Shown here: one piece after another, positions 19,228 to 30,300 of the stretch
Numbering within the stretch: the first letter of the stretch is position 1
Layout of the letters: the number at the start of each line of letters is the position of its first letter
NCBI GenBank assembly: GCA_963796055.1
Contig: CAWCKH010000004.1
Location: 1,568,001 to 1,632,000, forward strand
Length of the DNA stretch: 64,000 nucleotides
Reading direction: 5' to 3'
From: an uncultured delta proteobacterium
GTDB lineage: Bacteria > Myxococcota > Myxococcia > Myxococcales > Myxococcaceae
Notes under the pieces: generated by a model
Database searches by the model: none
Seen by the model: the letters and a program-made list of their open reading frames with translations, nothing else
Told to the model about the DNA's origin: nothing
Made by a program: the position numbers and the translations under genes

Positions 19228-19866
19228 ATGAGAGCGGCGCTCGACCACCTCGCCATCGCCGCCTCGTCACTGGACGTGTCGACCCTCGAGCGGGTCCTCG
19301 GTGTGCCGCTCGCAGGCGGTGGCAAGCACACGCGGATGGGCACCCACAACCGGCTCCTCCGGCTGGGGAGCGACGCGTACCTCGAGCTCATCGCCCCTGA
19401 CCCCGAGGGGATTCCGCCCGAGCGGCCACGCTGGTTCGCGCTCGACGCCCCGACGATGCAGGCGCTGCTCGCCGAGGGACCCCGCCTCGTGCACTGGGTT
19501 GCGCGCGTCCTGACGACCGAGCTTCCGCCGCTCCCGTTCGACGTCGGTCCCTGGGAGAGCTTCCAGCGCGGCGACCTCTCCTGGCAGCTCACCGTCCGCG
19601 GTGATGGGGCGCTGCCCGCGGACGGCGTCGTGCCGAGCCTCATCTGCTGGGGTGGACCGGCCCACCCCGCAGCACGGCTGCCAGATGCCGGCGTCACCCT
19701 CGAGGGCCTGGAGCTGGAGCACCCACGCGGGGAGGACGTCCAGCGGCAGCTCGACCTGCTCGGGCTTCCCTACCGGTGCGCGACGGCGCCGGTGCCGCGG
19801 ATCACCGTCCATCTTCGGATGCCGGCCGGGACGAGGACGCTCCACAGCACCGAGCCGATCCGGTGA
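19228..19866 (+). CDS. VOC / glyoxalase-like domain protein
   Basis: LDHLAIA, LGVPL..GGKHTRMGTHNRLLRLG..YLELIA.DP, PRWFALD, PSLI.W. Confidence 0.88.
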   Translation: MRAALDHLAIAASSLDVSTLERVLGVPLAGGGKHTRMGTHNRLLRLGSDAYLELIAPDPEGIPPERPRWFALDAPTMQALLAEGPRLVHWVARVLTTELPPLPFDVGPWESFQRGDLSWQLTVRGDGALPADGVVPSLICWGGPAHPAARLPDAGVTLEGLELEHPRGEDVQRQLDLLGLPYRCATAPVPRITVHLRMPAGTRTLHSTEPIR

Positions 19867-20369
19867 CCATCCCGGACCCTCTCGCGGCGCTGACCTTCGA
19901 GCCACTCGGTCCCGACCACGCGTCGGTGCTCTTCCCCGTGCTCGGCGACGCGCGCGTCTGGGAGCACCTCCAGGGGACGGATGGCTCGAGCGAGGCGCAG
20001 ATGCGCACCGCGTACGCTCGGCGAGCCGCCGGCCCGATTCGCCCCGGCGAGCGATGGGTCAACTACGCCGTCCGTCTCGTGGAGGGTCCGTACCTCGGGC
20101 GAATCGAGGCCACGGTCCATGCAGAGGGCTGGGCGGAGATCGCCTACGTCTTCGGGCTTGCGCACCGAGGCCGGGGCTACGCGCGCGCCGCGGTGCAATG
20201 GCTGCTCGACACCCTCGGCGTGGACGAGGTCTGGGCGACGACCATTCACGCCAACCTCCGCTCACGCCGGCTTCTCGCCGCCCTCGGCTTCTCCGAGGCG
20301 CCGCAGTCACGGCCGCTCGCGTCGTGGGACCCAGGCGACCTGACTTACAGGTGGGAGCGGCGCCCCTGA
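19863..20369 (+). CDS. GNAT acetyltransferase (RimJ/RimL-like)
   Basis: EIAYVF...HRGRGYA, N.RS.RLL..LGF; GTGA overlap with the upstream gene. Confidence 0.85.
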   Translation: MTIPDPLAALTFEPLGPDHASVLFPVLGDARVWEHLQGTDGSSEAQMRTAYARRAAGPIRPGERWVNYAVRLVEGPYLGRIEATVHAEGWAEIAYVFGLAHRGRGYARAAVQWLLDTLGVDEVWATTIHANLRSRRLLAALGFSEAPQSRPLASWDPGDLTYRWERRP

Positions 20370-20418
20370 CCGGCGCGTCTTTCCTGAGCCCCGCCAGTCT
20401 GGCAGGGTGCTGGCGAAC

Positions 20419-21474
20419 ATGGCTCGTCTGAAGGCCGTCCTCATCGGCGGTACCGGCTACGGAGGGGCAGAGGTCCTCCGTCGGCTCCTCTTCCACCCCC
20501 AGGTGGAGGTCGCGCGGGTCACGGCGGCCGACAACATCGGCAAGCAGGTCGGCGACGTGCACTTCAGTCTCGCCGGGCTGACCGCCCTCGCGTTCCAGGA
20601 GATGGCTCCCGAGCAGGCCGTCGCCGGGATGGACGTGGCCTTCCTCGCCATGCCCCACAAGACGACCGCCAAGGTCGTCCAGGCCATCCTCGGCTCGGGC
20701 GTCCGCATCGTCGATCTCTCGGGCGACTTCCGGCTTCGTGACCCCGCCGCCTACGAGAAGTACTACGGCGTCGCCCACCCCTCGCCGAGGTCTCTCACCG
20801 ACGGCGTCTTCACCTACGGGATGCCGGAAGTGAACCGCGCCGCGATCGCCAGGGCCAGGTACATCGCCTCGCCGGGCTGCTTCGCGACCACCATCGCCCT
20901 CGGGCTCCTGCCGCTGGCGCGCGCGGGGATGCTCGGCGGCCCGGTGCACACCGTGGCGGCGACCGGCAGCTCGGGCTCGGGCGCGAACCCGCAGCTCACC
21001 ACCCACCACCCGCTGCGCGCGGTGAATCTCCGGACCTACAAGCCGCTCGACCACCAGCACATCCCGGAGATCCTCCAGACGCTCCAGGGCGCCGGCGGAC
21101 GGGACCTGGCGCTGGAGTTCGTCCCGGTCTCGGCGCCGCTCCCTCGCGGCATCTTCGCCACCAGCTTCGTCGACGTGCCGGCCTCGACCACCGTGGAGCA
21201 GCTGAACGAGGCGTGGGCCCGCTGCTACGCGGGCGAGCCGTTCGTCCGGGTGGTCCAGGGACGTCAGCCGGAGGTGGTCGCGGTCTCGGGCGGCAACTAC
21301 GTCGAGGTCGGCTTCACGCTTGGCGCGCCCACCGGATCCACCCGGCGGGTGGTGTGCTTCAGTGCGCTGGACAATCTGGTCAAGGGCGGCGCGGGTCAAG
21401 CGATCCAGGCGTTCAACGTGATGATGGGATTCGACGAGACGCTCACCCTGAAGGAGCCGGGGCTCTGGCCGTGA
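20419..21474 (+). CDS. argC: N-acetyl-gamma-glutamyl-phosphate reductase
   Basis: GGTGYGG, FLAMPH, VDLSGDFRL, YGMPE, IASPGCF.T, HQHIPEI, LDNLVKGGAGQA.Q..N. Confidence 0.95.
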   Translation: MARLKAVLIGGTGYGGAEVLRRLLFHPQVEVARVTAADNIGKQVGDVHFSLAGLTALAFQEMAPEQAVAGMDVAFLAMPHKTTAKVVQAILGSGVRIVDLSGDFRLRDPAAYEKYYGVAHPSPRSLTDGVFTYGMPEVNRAAIARARYIASPGCFATTIALGLLPLARAGMLGGPVHTVAATGSSGSGANPQLTTHHPLRAVNLRTYKPLDHQHIPEILQTLQGAGGRDLALEFVPVSAPLPRGIFATSFVDVPASTTVEQLNEAWARCYAGEPFVRVVQGRQPEVVAVSGGNYVEVGFTLGAPTGSTRRVVCFSALDNLVKGGAGQAIQAFNVMMGFDETLTLKEPGLWP

Positions 21475-22316
21475 CCGCACTCTCCGACTTTGCCGGACGG
21501 TGGTTCGTGGTGAAGGTGGGCGGCGAGCTGGCCGCGGACCGGACACGGCTCGCCGGGAGCGTTGGAGCCGCGGTGGGTGAGTTCCTCGGTGCGGGCATCC
21601 GTGTCGCCGTGGTCCACGGCGGAGGACCCCAGGCCACCGAGCTCGGGCGGCGGCTCGGGCTCGAGCCGACCATCGTCGGAGGCCGCCGGGTGACCGACCC
21701 GGAGACCCTCGAGGTGATGAAGATGGCCCTCGCCGGCCAGGTCTCGGTCGACGTGGCGGCGGCGATGCGGCTGGCCGAGGTTCCGGCGCTGTGCACCACC
21801 GGGGTCTCGGCCGGGCTGCTGGATTCCGTGCGACGTCCCCCGACGGTCATCACCGGCGCGGGACCGAATCCGGTGGACCTCGGCCTGGTGGGGGACATCG
21901 TCTCGGTGGACACCGCGGCCCTCGAGCGGCTGGCGAGCGTGGGCTTCGTCCCGGTGCTCGGCTCGCTGGGCGGAGACTCGGGAGGCAACGTCTTCAACAT
22001 CAACGCCGACACCGTCGCCACCCGGGTGGCGGCGCGGCTCCGGGCGGCGAAGCTGTTCCTGGTCTCGAACGTCCCCGGCGTGCTCCGCGACAAGAACGAC
22101 CCGTCGACGCGCATGCCGCGGCTGACGGCGGCCGAGGCTCGCGAACAGATGGTCTCGGGGATCATCGCCGGAGGGATGATCCCCAAGGTGGAGGAGTCGC
22201 TGGCGATGCTCGAGGAGGGCATCGAGGCGATCCACATCGTGGGAATCGACCCGCCCACGTCGATCCTCGACGAGGCCCGCGAGCCGGGGAGCCGCGGCAC
22301 CGCCTTCGTTCGCTGA
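21471..22316 (+). CDS. argB: Acetylglutamate kinase
   Basis: VVKVGG, VHGGGPQ, GRRVTD, NINAD..A, GGMIPKV, GT; GTGA overlap with argC. Confidence 0.93.
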   Translation: MTALSDFAGRWFVVKVGGELAADRTRLAGSVGAAVGEFLGAGIRVAVVHGGGPQATELGRRLGLEPTIVGGRRVTDPETLEVMKMALAGQVSVDVAAAMRLAEVPALCTTGVSAGLLDSVRRPPTVITGAGPNPVDLGLVGDIVSVDTAALERLASVGFVPVLGSLGGDSGGNVFNINADTVATRVAARLRAAKLFLVSNVPGVLRDKNDPSTRMPRLTAAEAREQMVSGIIAGGMIPKVEESLAMLEEGIEAIHIVGIDPPTSILDEAREPGSRGTAFVR

Positions 22317-22319
22317 GCG

Positions 22320-22505
22320 TCATCCGCCCTTCTTCTTCCGCCGCGGCCGCGGCACGAGCTCGCCGCCGCAGTTCGGGCAGATGCCCTTCATCGCCTCGGT
22401 GCAGGCCAGACAGAACGTACATTCGAAGCTGCAGATCCACGCCGGTCCATCCGGGGCCAGCGCCTCGCCGCAGCGCTCGCACACCGGCCGCATCTCGAGG
22501 GCCAC
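22320..22505 (-). CDS. DUF1272 family small Cys-rich protein
   Basis: LEMRP.CE.C...ICSFECTFC..C....CPNCGGELV.RPRR signature. Confidence 0.85.
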   Translation of the reverse strand: MALEMRPVCERCGEALAPDGPAWICSFECTFCLACTEAMKGICPNCGGELVPRPRRKKKGG

Positions 22506-22517
22506 GGTGCGCCTCCT

Positions 22518-24245
22518 TCAGTTCCGGTCGAGGACCTTGAGCGCCTCGGCGATCTCGTCCTGCCCGCAGCCGTGCGGCATCCGCTTCTTCCGCGCCTTCT
22601 GCAGCGCGGCGATGGCCTGGGGGCGCCCCAGCTCTCCGAGACGGCGGGCAGCCACGATCCGCGCCGCGCAGTCCGTCCCCTCCAGCCAGCCGCCGTAGAC
22701 CCCCACCAGGTCCAGCGTCTCCGTCCGGTGCTGCCGCTCCAGGTACCGCAGCGCGCCCCAGGCCGCGTCGTTCGTGCCCGACTCGGCGATCGCCCGGAGC
22801 ACCGCCGTCGAGCGCCCGGCATCCAGCCCGTCCAGGAAATCCTTCCGGGGACCCTCGCCGCCCTCGAGCTCGAGATCTTCGACGACGCCGGCGAGCGTGC
22901 GCCGGCCGATCACCGAGCTCGCCCCGCGTGAGGCGAGGAGGACCTTGAGCTCCGCCCCGTGGTCACGCACTGCGTGGAGTGCCGCGCCCCGGAGCCCCGC
23001 CAGCTCGCTGGCCGGCGTCCCGCTCTTCTCCAGCCGGTCCAGGGTGTCGAGCGCCTCGCGCGCCTTGCCAGCCCCGAGCTGCGCCGCGGCCTCGTCGAGC
23101 GGGGAGCGCCCTCCCCGAAGCCCGAGGAATGCGACGATCGCCGCCACCGCCGCAAGGCCAACCAGCACCGGCGTCCGCCACCTCGGCGCGCCCAGGGTCG
23201 AGGACAGCGTGTCCGCCACCCGCGGCGGGGGCACGGGCGTGACCGAACCGGTGGGCAGCTCGAGCAAGGGGCCTTCCTGAGGAGCCGGCGATGCCGCAGC
23301 CGGGCGCCGGGCGAAGATGACCTCCGAGACGCTGGAGATGGCCCGCGGGAGCATGGGCCCCATCCGCCCCGACGCCTTCGGCGGCGCCTCCAGCGCGCGC
23401 ACCAGATCCTCCGCGGTCTGGAACCGCGTCTTCGGTTCCTTCGCCAGGCACCGCATGACGATCGCCGACAGATCCGGGTCCTCGGCCATCGCCGGGGCGA
23501 TGTCCACCAGCGGCGTGGGCGGCGTGCCGATGTGCTGGAGCAGGTAGTCGCGCGCGTTTGGCCCGTTGAACGGCAGCGACCCGGAGAGCATCCGGTAGGA
23601 GAGCACTCCCAGCGAGTAGATGTCGCTGCGGGCGTCCAGCGGATAGCCCATCGCCTGCTCCGGCGAGAGGTACTCGGGCGTGCCCAGCACCACCCCCACC
23701 GCGCTCAGCCCCTTCGCGTCCGGGTCCGGCTGGAGCAGCTTGGCGATGCCAAAGTCCAGCAGCCGCGCCTGCTCACCCCGTGGCCCGGGCGTGAGCACCA
23801 CGTTCTCCGGCTTGAGGTCGCGGTGGATGATGCCCTTGTCGTGGATGGCGGCCAGCCCCTCGGCCAGCTGCAGCATCACCCGGCGGCCCCGCTCCGGTGT
23901 GAGGGCCCCGTTGCCCAGGTGCTGGAGCAAGGTCTCGCCCTCGGCGAACTCCATCACCAGGCACGTCGCGTCCTGGGACTGCCCGAAGTCGATGACCCGC
24001 ACCACCGCCGGGTGCTCGACGCTCGAGAGCAGGCGCGCCTCGCGGCGAAAACGCTCGCTCATGCCCGGCTGCTGGCCCACCTCGCGGCGAAGCACCTTGA
24101 GCGCCACCCGCCGGCCGAGGCTGACCTGCTCGGCCAGGTAGACCTCGCCCATGCCGCCACCCCCGAGGTGGCCCAGCACACGGAAGCGTTCCCCGAGGAC
24201 CAGTGAGTTCGGCTCGAGCACGGCCGACCGAACGTTACCAGCCAC
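22518..24245 (-). CDS. Hanks-type Ser/Thr protein kinase with a TM helix and a helical C-terminal domain
   Basis: LGGGGMGEVY, VALK, HRDLKPEN, DFG, GTPEYLSPEQ; TM VLVGLAAVAAIVAFLGL. Confidence 0.93.
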   Translation of the reverse strand: MAGNVRSAVLEPNSLVLGERFRVLGHLGGGGMGEVYLAEQVSLGRRVALKVLRREVGQQPGMSERFRREARLLSSVEHPAVVRVIDFGQSQDATCLVMEFAEGETLLQHLGNGALTPERGRRVMLQLAEGLAAIHDKGIIHRDLKPENVVLTPGPRGEQARLLDFGIAKLLQPDPDAKGLSAVGVVLGTPEYLSPEQAMGYPLDARSDIYSLGVLSYRMLSGSLPFNGPNARDYLLQHIGTPPTPLVDIAPAMAEDPDLSAIVMRCLAKEPKTRFQTAEDLVRALEAPPKASGRMGPMLPRAISSVSEVIFARRPAAASPAPQEGPLLELPTGSVTPVPPPRVADTLSSTLGAPRWRTPVLVGLAAVAAIVAFLGLRGGRSPLDEAAAQLGAGKAREALDTLDRLEKSGTPASELAGLRGAALHAVRDHGAELKVLLASRGASSVIGRRTLAGVVEDLELEGGEGPRKDFLDGLDAGRSTAVLRAIAESGTNDAAWGALRYLERQHRTETLDLVGVYGGWLEGTDCAARIVAARRLGELGRPQAIAALQKARKKRMPHGCGQDEIAEALKVLDRN

Positions 24246-24357
24246 GGGGTGCGTGCTTCACTGTCGTCCGCGCGCCTACCCACCGGCCAATCGACCGGAA
24301 ACGTCCCTTTTTTGGGGTGCCTTGGGCTGGGTGGTACCGTCGCCGACTGCACCTTTC

Positions 24358-27300
24358 ATGGCTTCCGAGGACACGTCCGGAGGCTCGGCCCCACCCGCAC
24401 CAGAGGGTCGGGTTGCCGGGCCCGAGCTGCGACTGCTGGACCGGCGAGCATTCGTCGGTTTCCCGCCCGTCGAGCTGCGCCCCGGCATCACCGTCGTCGA
24501 CTTCGGGCTGCAGATTCCCGACGTCAGCTTCCCCTTCGACGTCGGCTCCGGGGTGCAGAGGTACCAGCGGCGGAAGCTCCACTTCGGCTTCCTCGAGGTG
24601 GCGGTCGACGCGGAGCTGATCCGCCGCAGCGTCCAGGAGACGACCGCCTCGGCGCTCGAGATCTCGGACGTCGCGCTCCACTTCCGGCAGGGCTGGCTCG
24701 AGGGAGAGGCGAGGCTCAAGGGCCCGTCGCCCGCCGGCACCACCTTCAAGGTCGCCTTCGACGCCGACGGCGAGAGACTGGCGGTCTACCTCTACGACGT
24801 GCGCATGTACGGGTACTCCCCCGTGCCCGCGGCCACCGTCCCCCTGGTCCTTTCACGGGCAGTGCAGGGGACCGCCGCCTTGCCCGACGTCGAGCTCCGC
24901 GGGGCGAACGGCTTCTCGGCCCGGGTCCTCCCGCAGCTGGTGACCCTGGCCGCGGTCTCGCGCGGGTTCCGGATGCCGTCGCTCGACGGCGCGCGGCTCG
25001 CCGGGGTCGAGGTCTCGCCGCTGGGCCTGAGGCTCCGCTTCGCCGCCGGCGCCCTGCCGCCGCCGGCGCTCCTGGACGAGGAGCTGCTGCTCACGCTCGA
25101 GGGCGCACGCGCCTTCGCCGAGGCCGAGGCGCTGGTCGCCGCCGGGAAGCTGGGCGAGGCCCGCGAGGCCTACCTCCGCGGGGCGGGCGCCGAGGAGGCG
25201 CACCCCTTCGCCCTGGAGCGGCTGCTGGCGCTGCTGGTCGCCGACCCGGCCGCGCACGAGTACGCGCTGGACGTGGTGGAGACGCTCGCCCGGCGGCGTC
25301 CCGGCAGCGCCGCCCCGCTCTGGGCCGAGGCCATCGTCCGCGAGCGCCGCGGCGAGCCCGCCCGCAGCGCCGAGCGGTGGCTGGCGCTGATGGAGCTGGC
25401 CCGGAAGCGCGGCGACGAGGCCTCGGCGTTCAGCGCGGCCCAGGCCGCGGCCCGAGTCGCGGAGGGACAGGCGCCGCAGATGGCGGTGAAGGCGCTCCAC
25501 GCCGTCCTCGGCATTCGCCCCGACCATCTGCCGGCGCTGCGCTCCCTGGCCCGCGCCGCGGACCAGGCGCAGGACCGGGCCGGGGCGCTGCGCGCCTACC
25601 GCCGGCTCTCGGCGCTGGCGCGCGACCCGCTCGAGTCCGCAGAAGCGCACGTGCAGCTGGCGCGGCTGTCGGCGCTGAGCGAGGACGACGTGGCCGGGGC
25701 GCGCCTGCACTGCGAGGCGGCGCTCAGGCTCGCCCCCGACCTGCCGCCCGCGCTGGAGCTGCTGGGAGAGCTGTGCGCCCGCGCCGGTGAGCCGCTCCGG
25801 GCGCTCAGGGCCTTCGACCGCCTCCGGGACGTCGCGCTCGGGCGCCACGACCTCGGGCTGGTCGGCCGGGCCAACCTCCGCGCCGGCGAGGTCTGGGAGA
25901 AGGGGCTCGGGCAGCTGGACAACGCGCTCCTCCGCTACCGGGAGGCGGTCTCGCTGCTACCGGGCGACGTGGTGGCGCTGGTCGCCCAGGCCCGGGCCGC
26001 CGAGGAGCTGGGCCGCGTCGCCGAGGCGGTCACCGGGTACCAGCAGGGAGTCGAGCTCGCCGGACCGTCGCCGACCGACGCCGGCGTCCGCCGCGCCGCC
26101 CATGCCGCGCACCATGCCCTCGCCGCGCTGGCCACCTCGCGGTTCGGCGATCAGGTCCAGGCGCGCGAGCACTGGGAGGCGGCGCTGGCCCTGGTCCCCG
26201 ACGACGCCAAGGCCCTCGAGGCGCTGGTCCCCGCCTGGCGCGCCGCGGGAGATCCCGCCGCCCTCGCCCGCGCGCTCGAGCGGGCCGCGCCCACGGTGCC
26301 GGATCCGGTCCGGCGTGCCGCCTTCCTCGCCGAGGCCGGCGAGCTGCAACGCACCCGTCTGGCCGCCCCGGAGAAGGCGGAGTCGCTCCTGGGCCGGGCC
26401 ATCGACGCCGACCCGAAGAACCGCGCCGCGCTGGAGGGTCTGGTGGCCATCGGCGAGGCCCGGCGCGACGGCCCGCTGCTCGTCCGCTGCCTGTCGACGC
26501 TCTCCGAGCTGGCGCGGGACGGCGCCGACCGGGCGAAGTTCCTCCGCCGTCTGGCGGTGGCGGCCAAGGACCTCGCCTCGGACCTCGAGATCGCCGCGCG
26601 TGCCCTGGCGGACGTGCTGCGGATCGAGCCCGAGGACCTCCTCGCCTGGGGCGAGCTCTGCGCGCTGCAGCGCCGCCGCGCGGACATGCCCGGCCTGGCC
26701 GCCGCCCTCGCCGCCCGCGCGCGGGTGGCCGAGACACAGTCCGATCCGCGGCTGGCCGCAGCCTGCCTGCGGGAGCTGGCCCAGGTCGAGGAGGCCCGGC
26801 TGGGACGCTTCGGCGAGGCGCTGGTCGCGCTGGAGAAGGCCGCCCGGCTCGACCCGCGACCCGAGGTGCTGCTGGAGCTCGCCGACCTGTCGCTCCGCTG
26901 CGAGCGGCCCGAGCACGCCCGTCGCGCGCTCGAGGACGTGCTGGTCACGCTCCCCCGCACCGGCTCGCCGGAGAAGCTGGCCGAGGTTCGGGCCAAGCTC
27001 GGGCAGGCCTGCGAAATGACCGGCGACCTGGCCGCCGCCGCCGCGCACTACGCCGAGGCGCTGCCCTACCGGCGCGGAGACGACGCGCTGGCCGCCCGGC
27101 TCGAGGGGCTCTACGAGAAGCTCGGCCGCTCCAGGGAGCTGGCCGAGGTTTGGGCGCTCCGGGCCCGGCAGCTGCTCGCGGAGGGGCGCACCGAGGCCGC
27201 CGCGCCGCTGCTCTTCAAGGGTGCCCGGGCCCTCCTCGACGCGGGCCAGCGGGACGCCGCGCACCGGCAGCTCTACGCCGCGCTGGAGGTGGCGCCGCGG

Positions 27301-30300
27301 GGGCTGCTGGCCGGGCAGATCCTCGAGGCGCTGGCGGAGCTCGAGCTCTCCGCCGGCAACCGGCCCGAGGCCGCCACCCTGCTCGCGCGCCAGGCCGCGC
27401 TCGTCGGCGACCCGCTGGCGGCCGCCCGGCTCTTCCTCCGCGCCGCCGAGCTGGCGAGGGGAGAGGCCCGCGAGGGTGGGCTCCTCGAGGACGCCGTCCG
27501 GCTGGACCCGGCGCTCACCCCGGCGCGCATCCGCCGCGCCGAGCTGCACGCCGACCGTGAGCCGCGCCGGGCGCTCGAGGACCTGGAGGCGGCGCTGTCG
27601 CTGGCCCGCGCCAATCCCGCCGTCGTCCCGCCCACCGAGCGCAAGCGCCTGGAGCGCATGGCGGCCGAGAGCGCGGTCCGTGCCGGGGACGCCGAGGCCG
27701 CGCGCCGGCATCTGGCGGCGTACGCCGACGCCGCGCCCGACGACGTCGACGCCCTCCTCCAGCTCGCCGGGCTACACCGGAACGCCGGGGCGGTCGAGGC
27801 GCTGGCGGCGCTCCTCTCCGGGCTCTGGCCGCGTCTGTCCGGAGAGCAGGCGCGGGTGGCCTGCAAGGAGCTGGTGGAGCTGTCGCTCGAGCTGCACCGC
27901 CCCAGCGAGGCGCTCGATGCCCTCCGGCGGCTGGTCGAGCTGTCGCCCGAGGATCCGTGGGCGCTGGAGACGCTGGTTTCCCTGCTGCCGCCGGCGGTGC
28001 CGGGGAGCGACACCGAGGCGCTGGCGCTCCGGACCCGGCTGGTGGAGCTCACCTCCGGCGCCGCCCGCGCCCACCACCGGGTGGAGCGGGCCCGGCTCCT
28101 CCGCGCCCGGGGCGATCGCACCGCCGCGCGCGAGGAGCTCACCCGCGCCGCCGGAGAGTCGACCGAGCCCGCGTTGCTCTGGCGCGAGGTGGCGCTGCTC
28201 GCCCAGGCCTCGGACGACGCCCCCGGCGAGATCGCGGCGTGGCAGCGGGCGCTGGAGCACGATGCATCGGTGGCCGCGGAGGCCACACCCCGTCTGCTGG
28301 CCCTCGGCCGAGCCCTGCAAGAGAGCCGACCGGACCTGGCCGAGGGCGCGCTCCGCGAGACCACCCGGCGGGGGGCCACCGCCGAGGCCGTGGAGGCCTG
28401 GCGGGCGCTGGCCCGCATCGAGCGCCGCCGGGGCCAGATGGACGCCGCCTCGGAGGCGCTGCTCCAGGCCGCCGAGCGCGCCCCCGAGCCGCTCCGGGCC
28501 GACGTGCTGCTCGAGCGGGCCGAGCTCGCCGAGGAGCGCGGGGACTCGGCCGCCGCCGCGGACAGCTACCGGCGGGTCCTGAAGCTCTCGCCGCGTCACC
28601 CGCGCGCGCTACCCCGGCTCCGGGCGCTGCTGGAGCACGCGGCGGACTGGCCCTCGGTGGCCGAGCTGCTGGAGCTCGAGGCCGAGCGCGCTCCGCGTGA
28701 GCGGGCGGCGGCGCTCTTCTCCGAGCTGGGGATCCTGCTCGATGCACGCCTGGGCCGCGCCGAGGCGGCGGAGGCGGCGTTCCGGCGGGCCATCCAGCTC
28801 GACGCCGACGCGCCGAAGCCTCTCGAGCAGCTGGTGTCGGTGCAGCTCCGCCGGGGTGCCTGGAGCGACGCCACACCGTTCCTGCACCGCGTCCCGGGGC
28901 TGCTCGCGCCCGAGCGGGCCGCGGCCCTCCTCCGGCAGGCGGCGCAGCTCGCGGCCGCCGCGCTCGACGGCGCCGCCGCGCTGGCGCTCCGGCGCCAGGC
29001 GCACGCGCTGGTTCCCGCCACCGGCGACGAGCTGGCCGAGCTCGCGCTGTCGCTCTACGCCGGCGGTTCGCGGGCCGAGGCGCTCCCCCTCTTCGCCGCC
29101 GTCGTCGCCGGTCTCGACCAGGGGAGTCGTCCGGCGCGCGAGGCCGAGGTGGTGCTGGCCCACGCGGACCTCCTGGTCGAGGCGGGGGAGCTGCCACAGG
29201 CGGAGGCCATCCTCCGGCGCCTCGCCGAGCGCCCCGACGCCCCGGCCGCCGCGGTGGAGCGCCTTTCCGAGCTGCTTGCCCGCACCGACCCGCGCCAGGC
29301 CATCGAGCTGCTTGCCCAGCACCAGCTCCGCCAGCCTCCGTCCGAGGCCGTCGGGCGCGCCCTCCTGAAGCTCGGCGAGCGGGTCCGGACCGAGCTGGCC
29401 GATCCCGAGCTGACGGAGCGGCTGCTCCTCGGGGCCGCTGCGGCGCTCCCCGACCCGCTGCCGGCGCACCAGGCTCGCGCCGCGCTGCACCGGGAGACCG
29501 GGCGCAGCGGCGCGCTCCTCGCCGCACTGCAGGCCACCGCCGACGCCGCGCTCCTGGGCGGAGACCTCGCGCTCGCCGCGCGGTCGCTCGAGGAGATCGC
29601 GGAGGTCGCCTCCCGTTCGGACCGGGCGGACGAGGCGCTCGAGGCGCTGGCCCGCCTCCGTGGCACGCTGGAGAGCGCCGGCCGGAAGGCGGAGGCGGCC
29701 GCGGTGGAGCGTCGCCGCGCGGCGCTCTTCCTCGAGGGGCGCGGCGATGCCACGGCGGCGAGCGCGGCCCTCGCCCGTGCCTTCGAGCTCGCTCCGGACG
29801 TGGAGACTGCCGCCCAGCTCGCCGACCTCGCCGCACGGCGCGGGGACACCCGGTCGCGGGCGGGATGGCTGCAGCGCAGCGTCCCGCTGCTGTCCACCGG
29901 TGAGGCGCGCGCCTCCGCCCTGGTCCAGATTGCCGAGCTGCACGCCGGTCCGCTCGGCGACGAGACCGAGGCCGAGTCGCTGGTGCGCGACGCGCTGGCC
30001 GAGGTCCCGGGCCACCCTGCCGCGGAGGCGCTGCTGGTGCAGCTGCTCGAGCGGTCGGACCGCGGCGCCGACCTCGCCGCCTACTACGTCGCCGCAGCCC
30101 GGAGCCGCACCGAGGGGGCCGCCCGGGCCAACCTGCTAAGCCGCGCCGCCGGCCTCTACCGCGCGCTGGGCAAGGCCGAACAGGCGCTGGACGCGCTCTC
30201 CGCCGCGCACGGGTTCGCGCCGGCGGACCTCTCCATCACCGCCGAGCTCGCGGGGCTGCTGGTCTCCCGCGGACAGGACGCGGACGCGGCGCCCTTCGAC

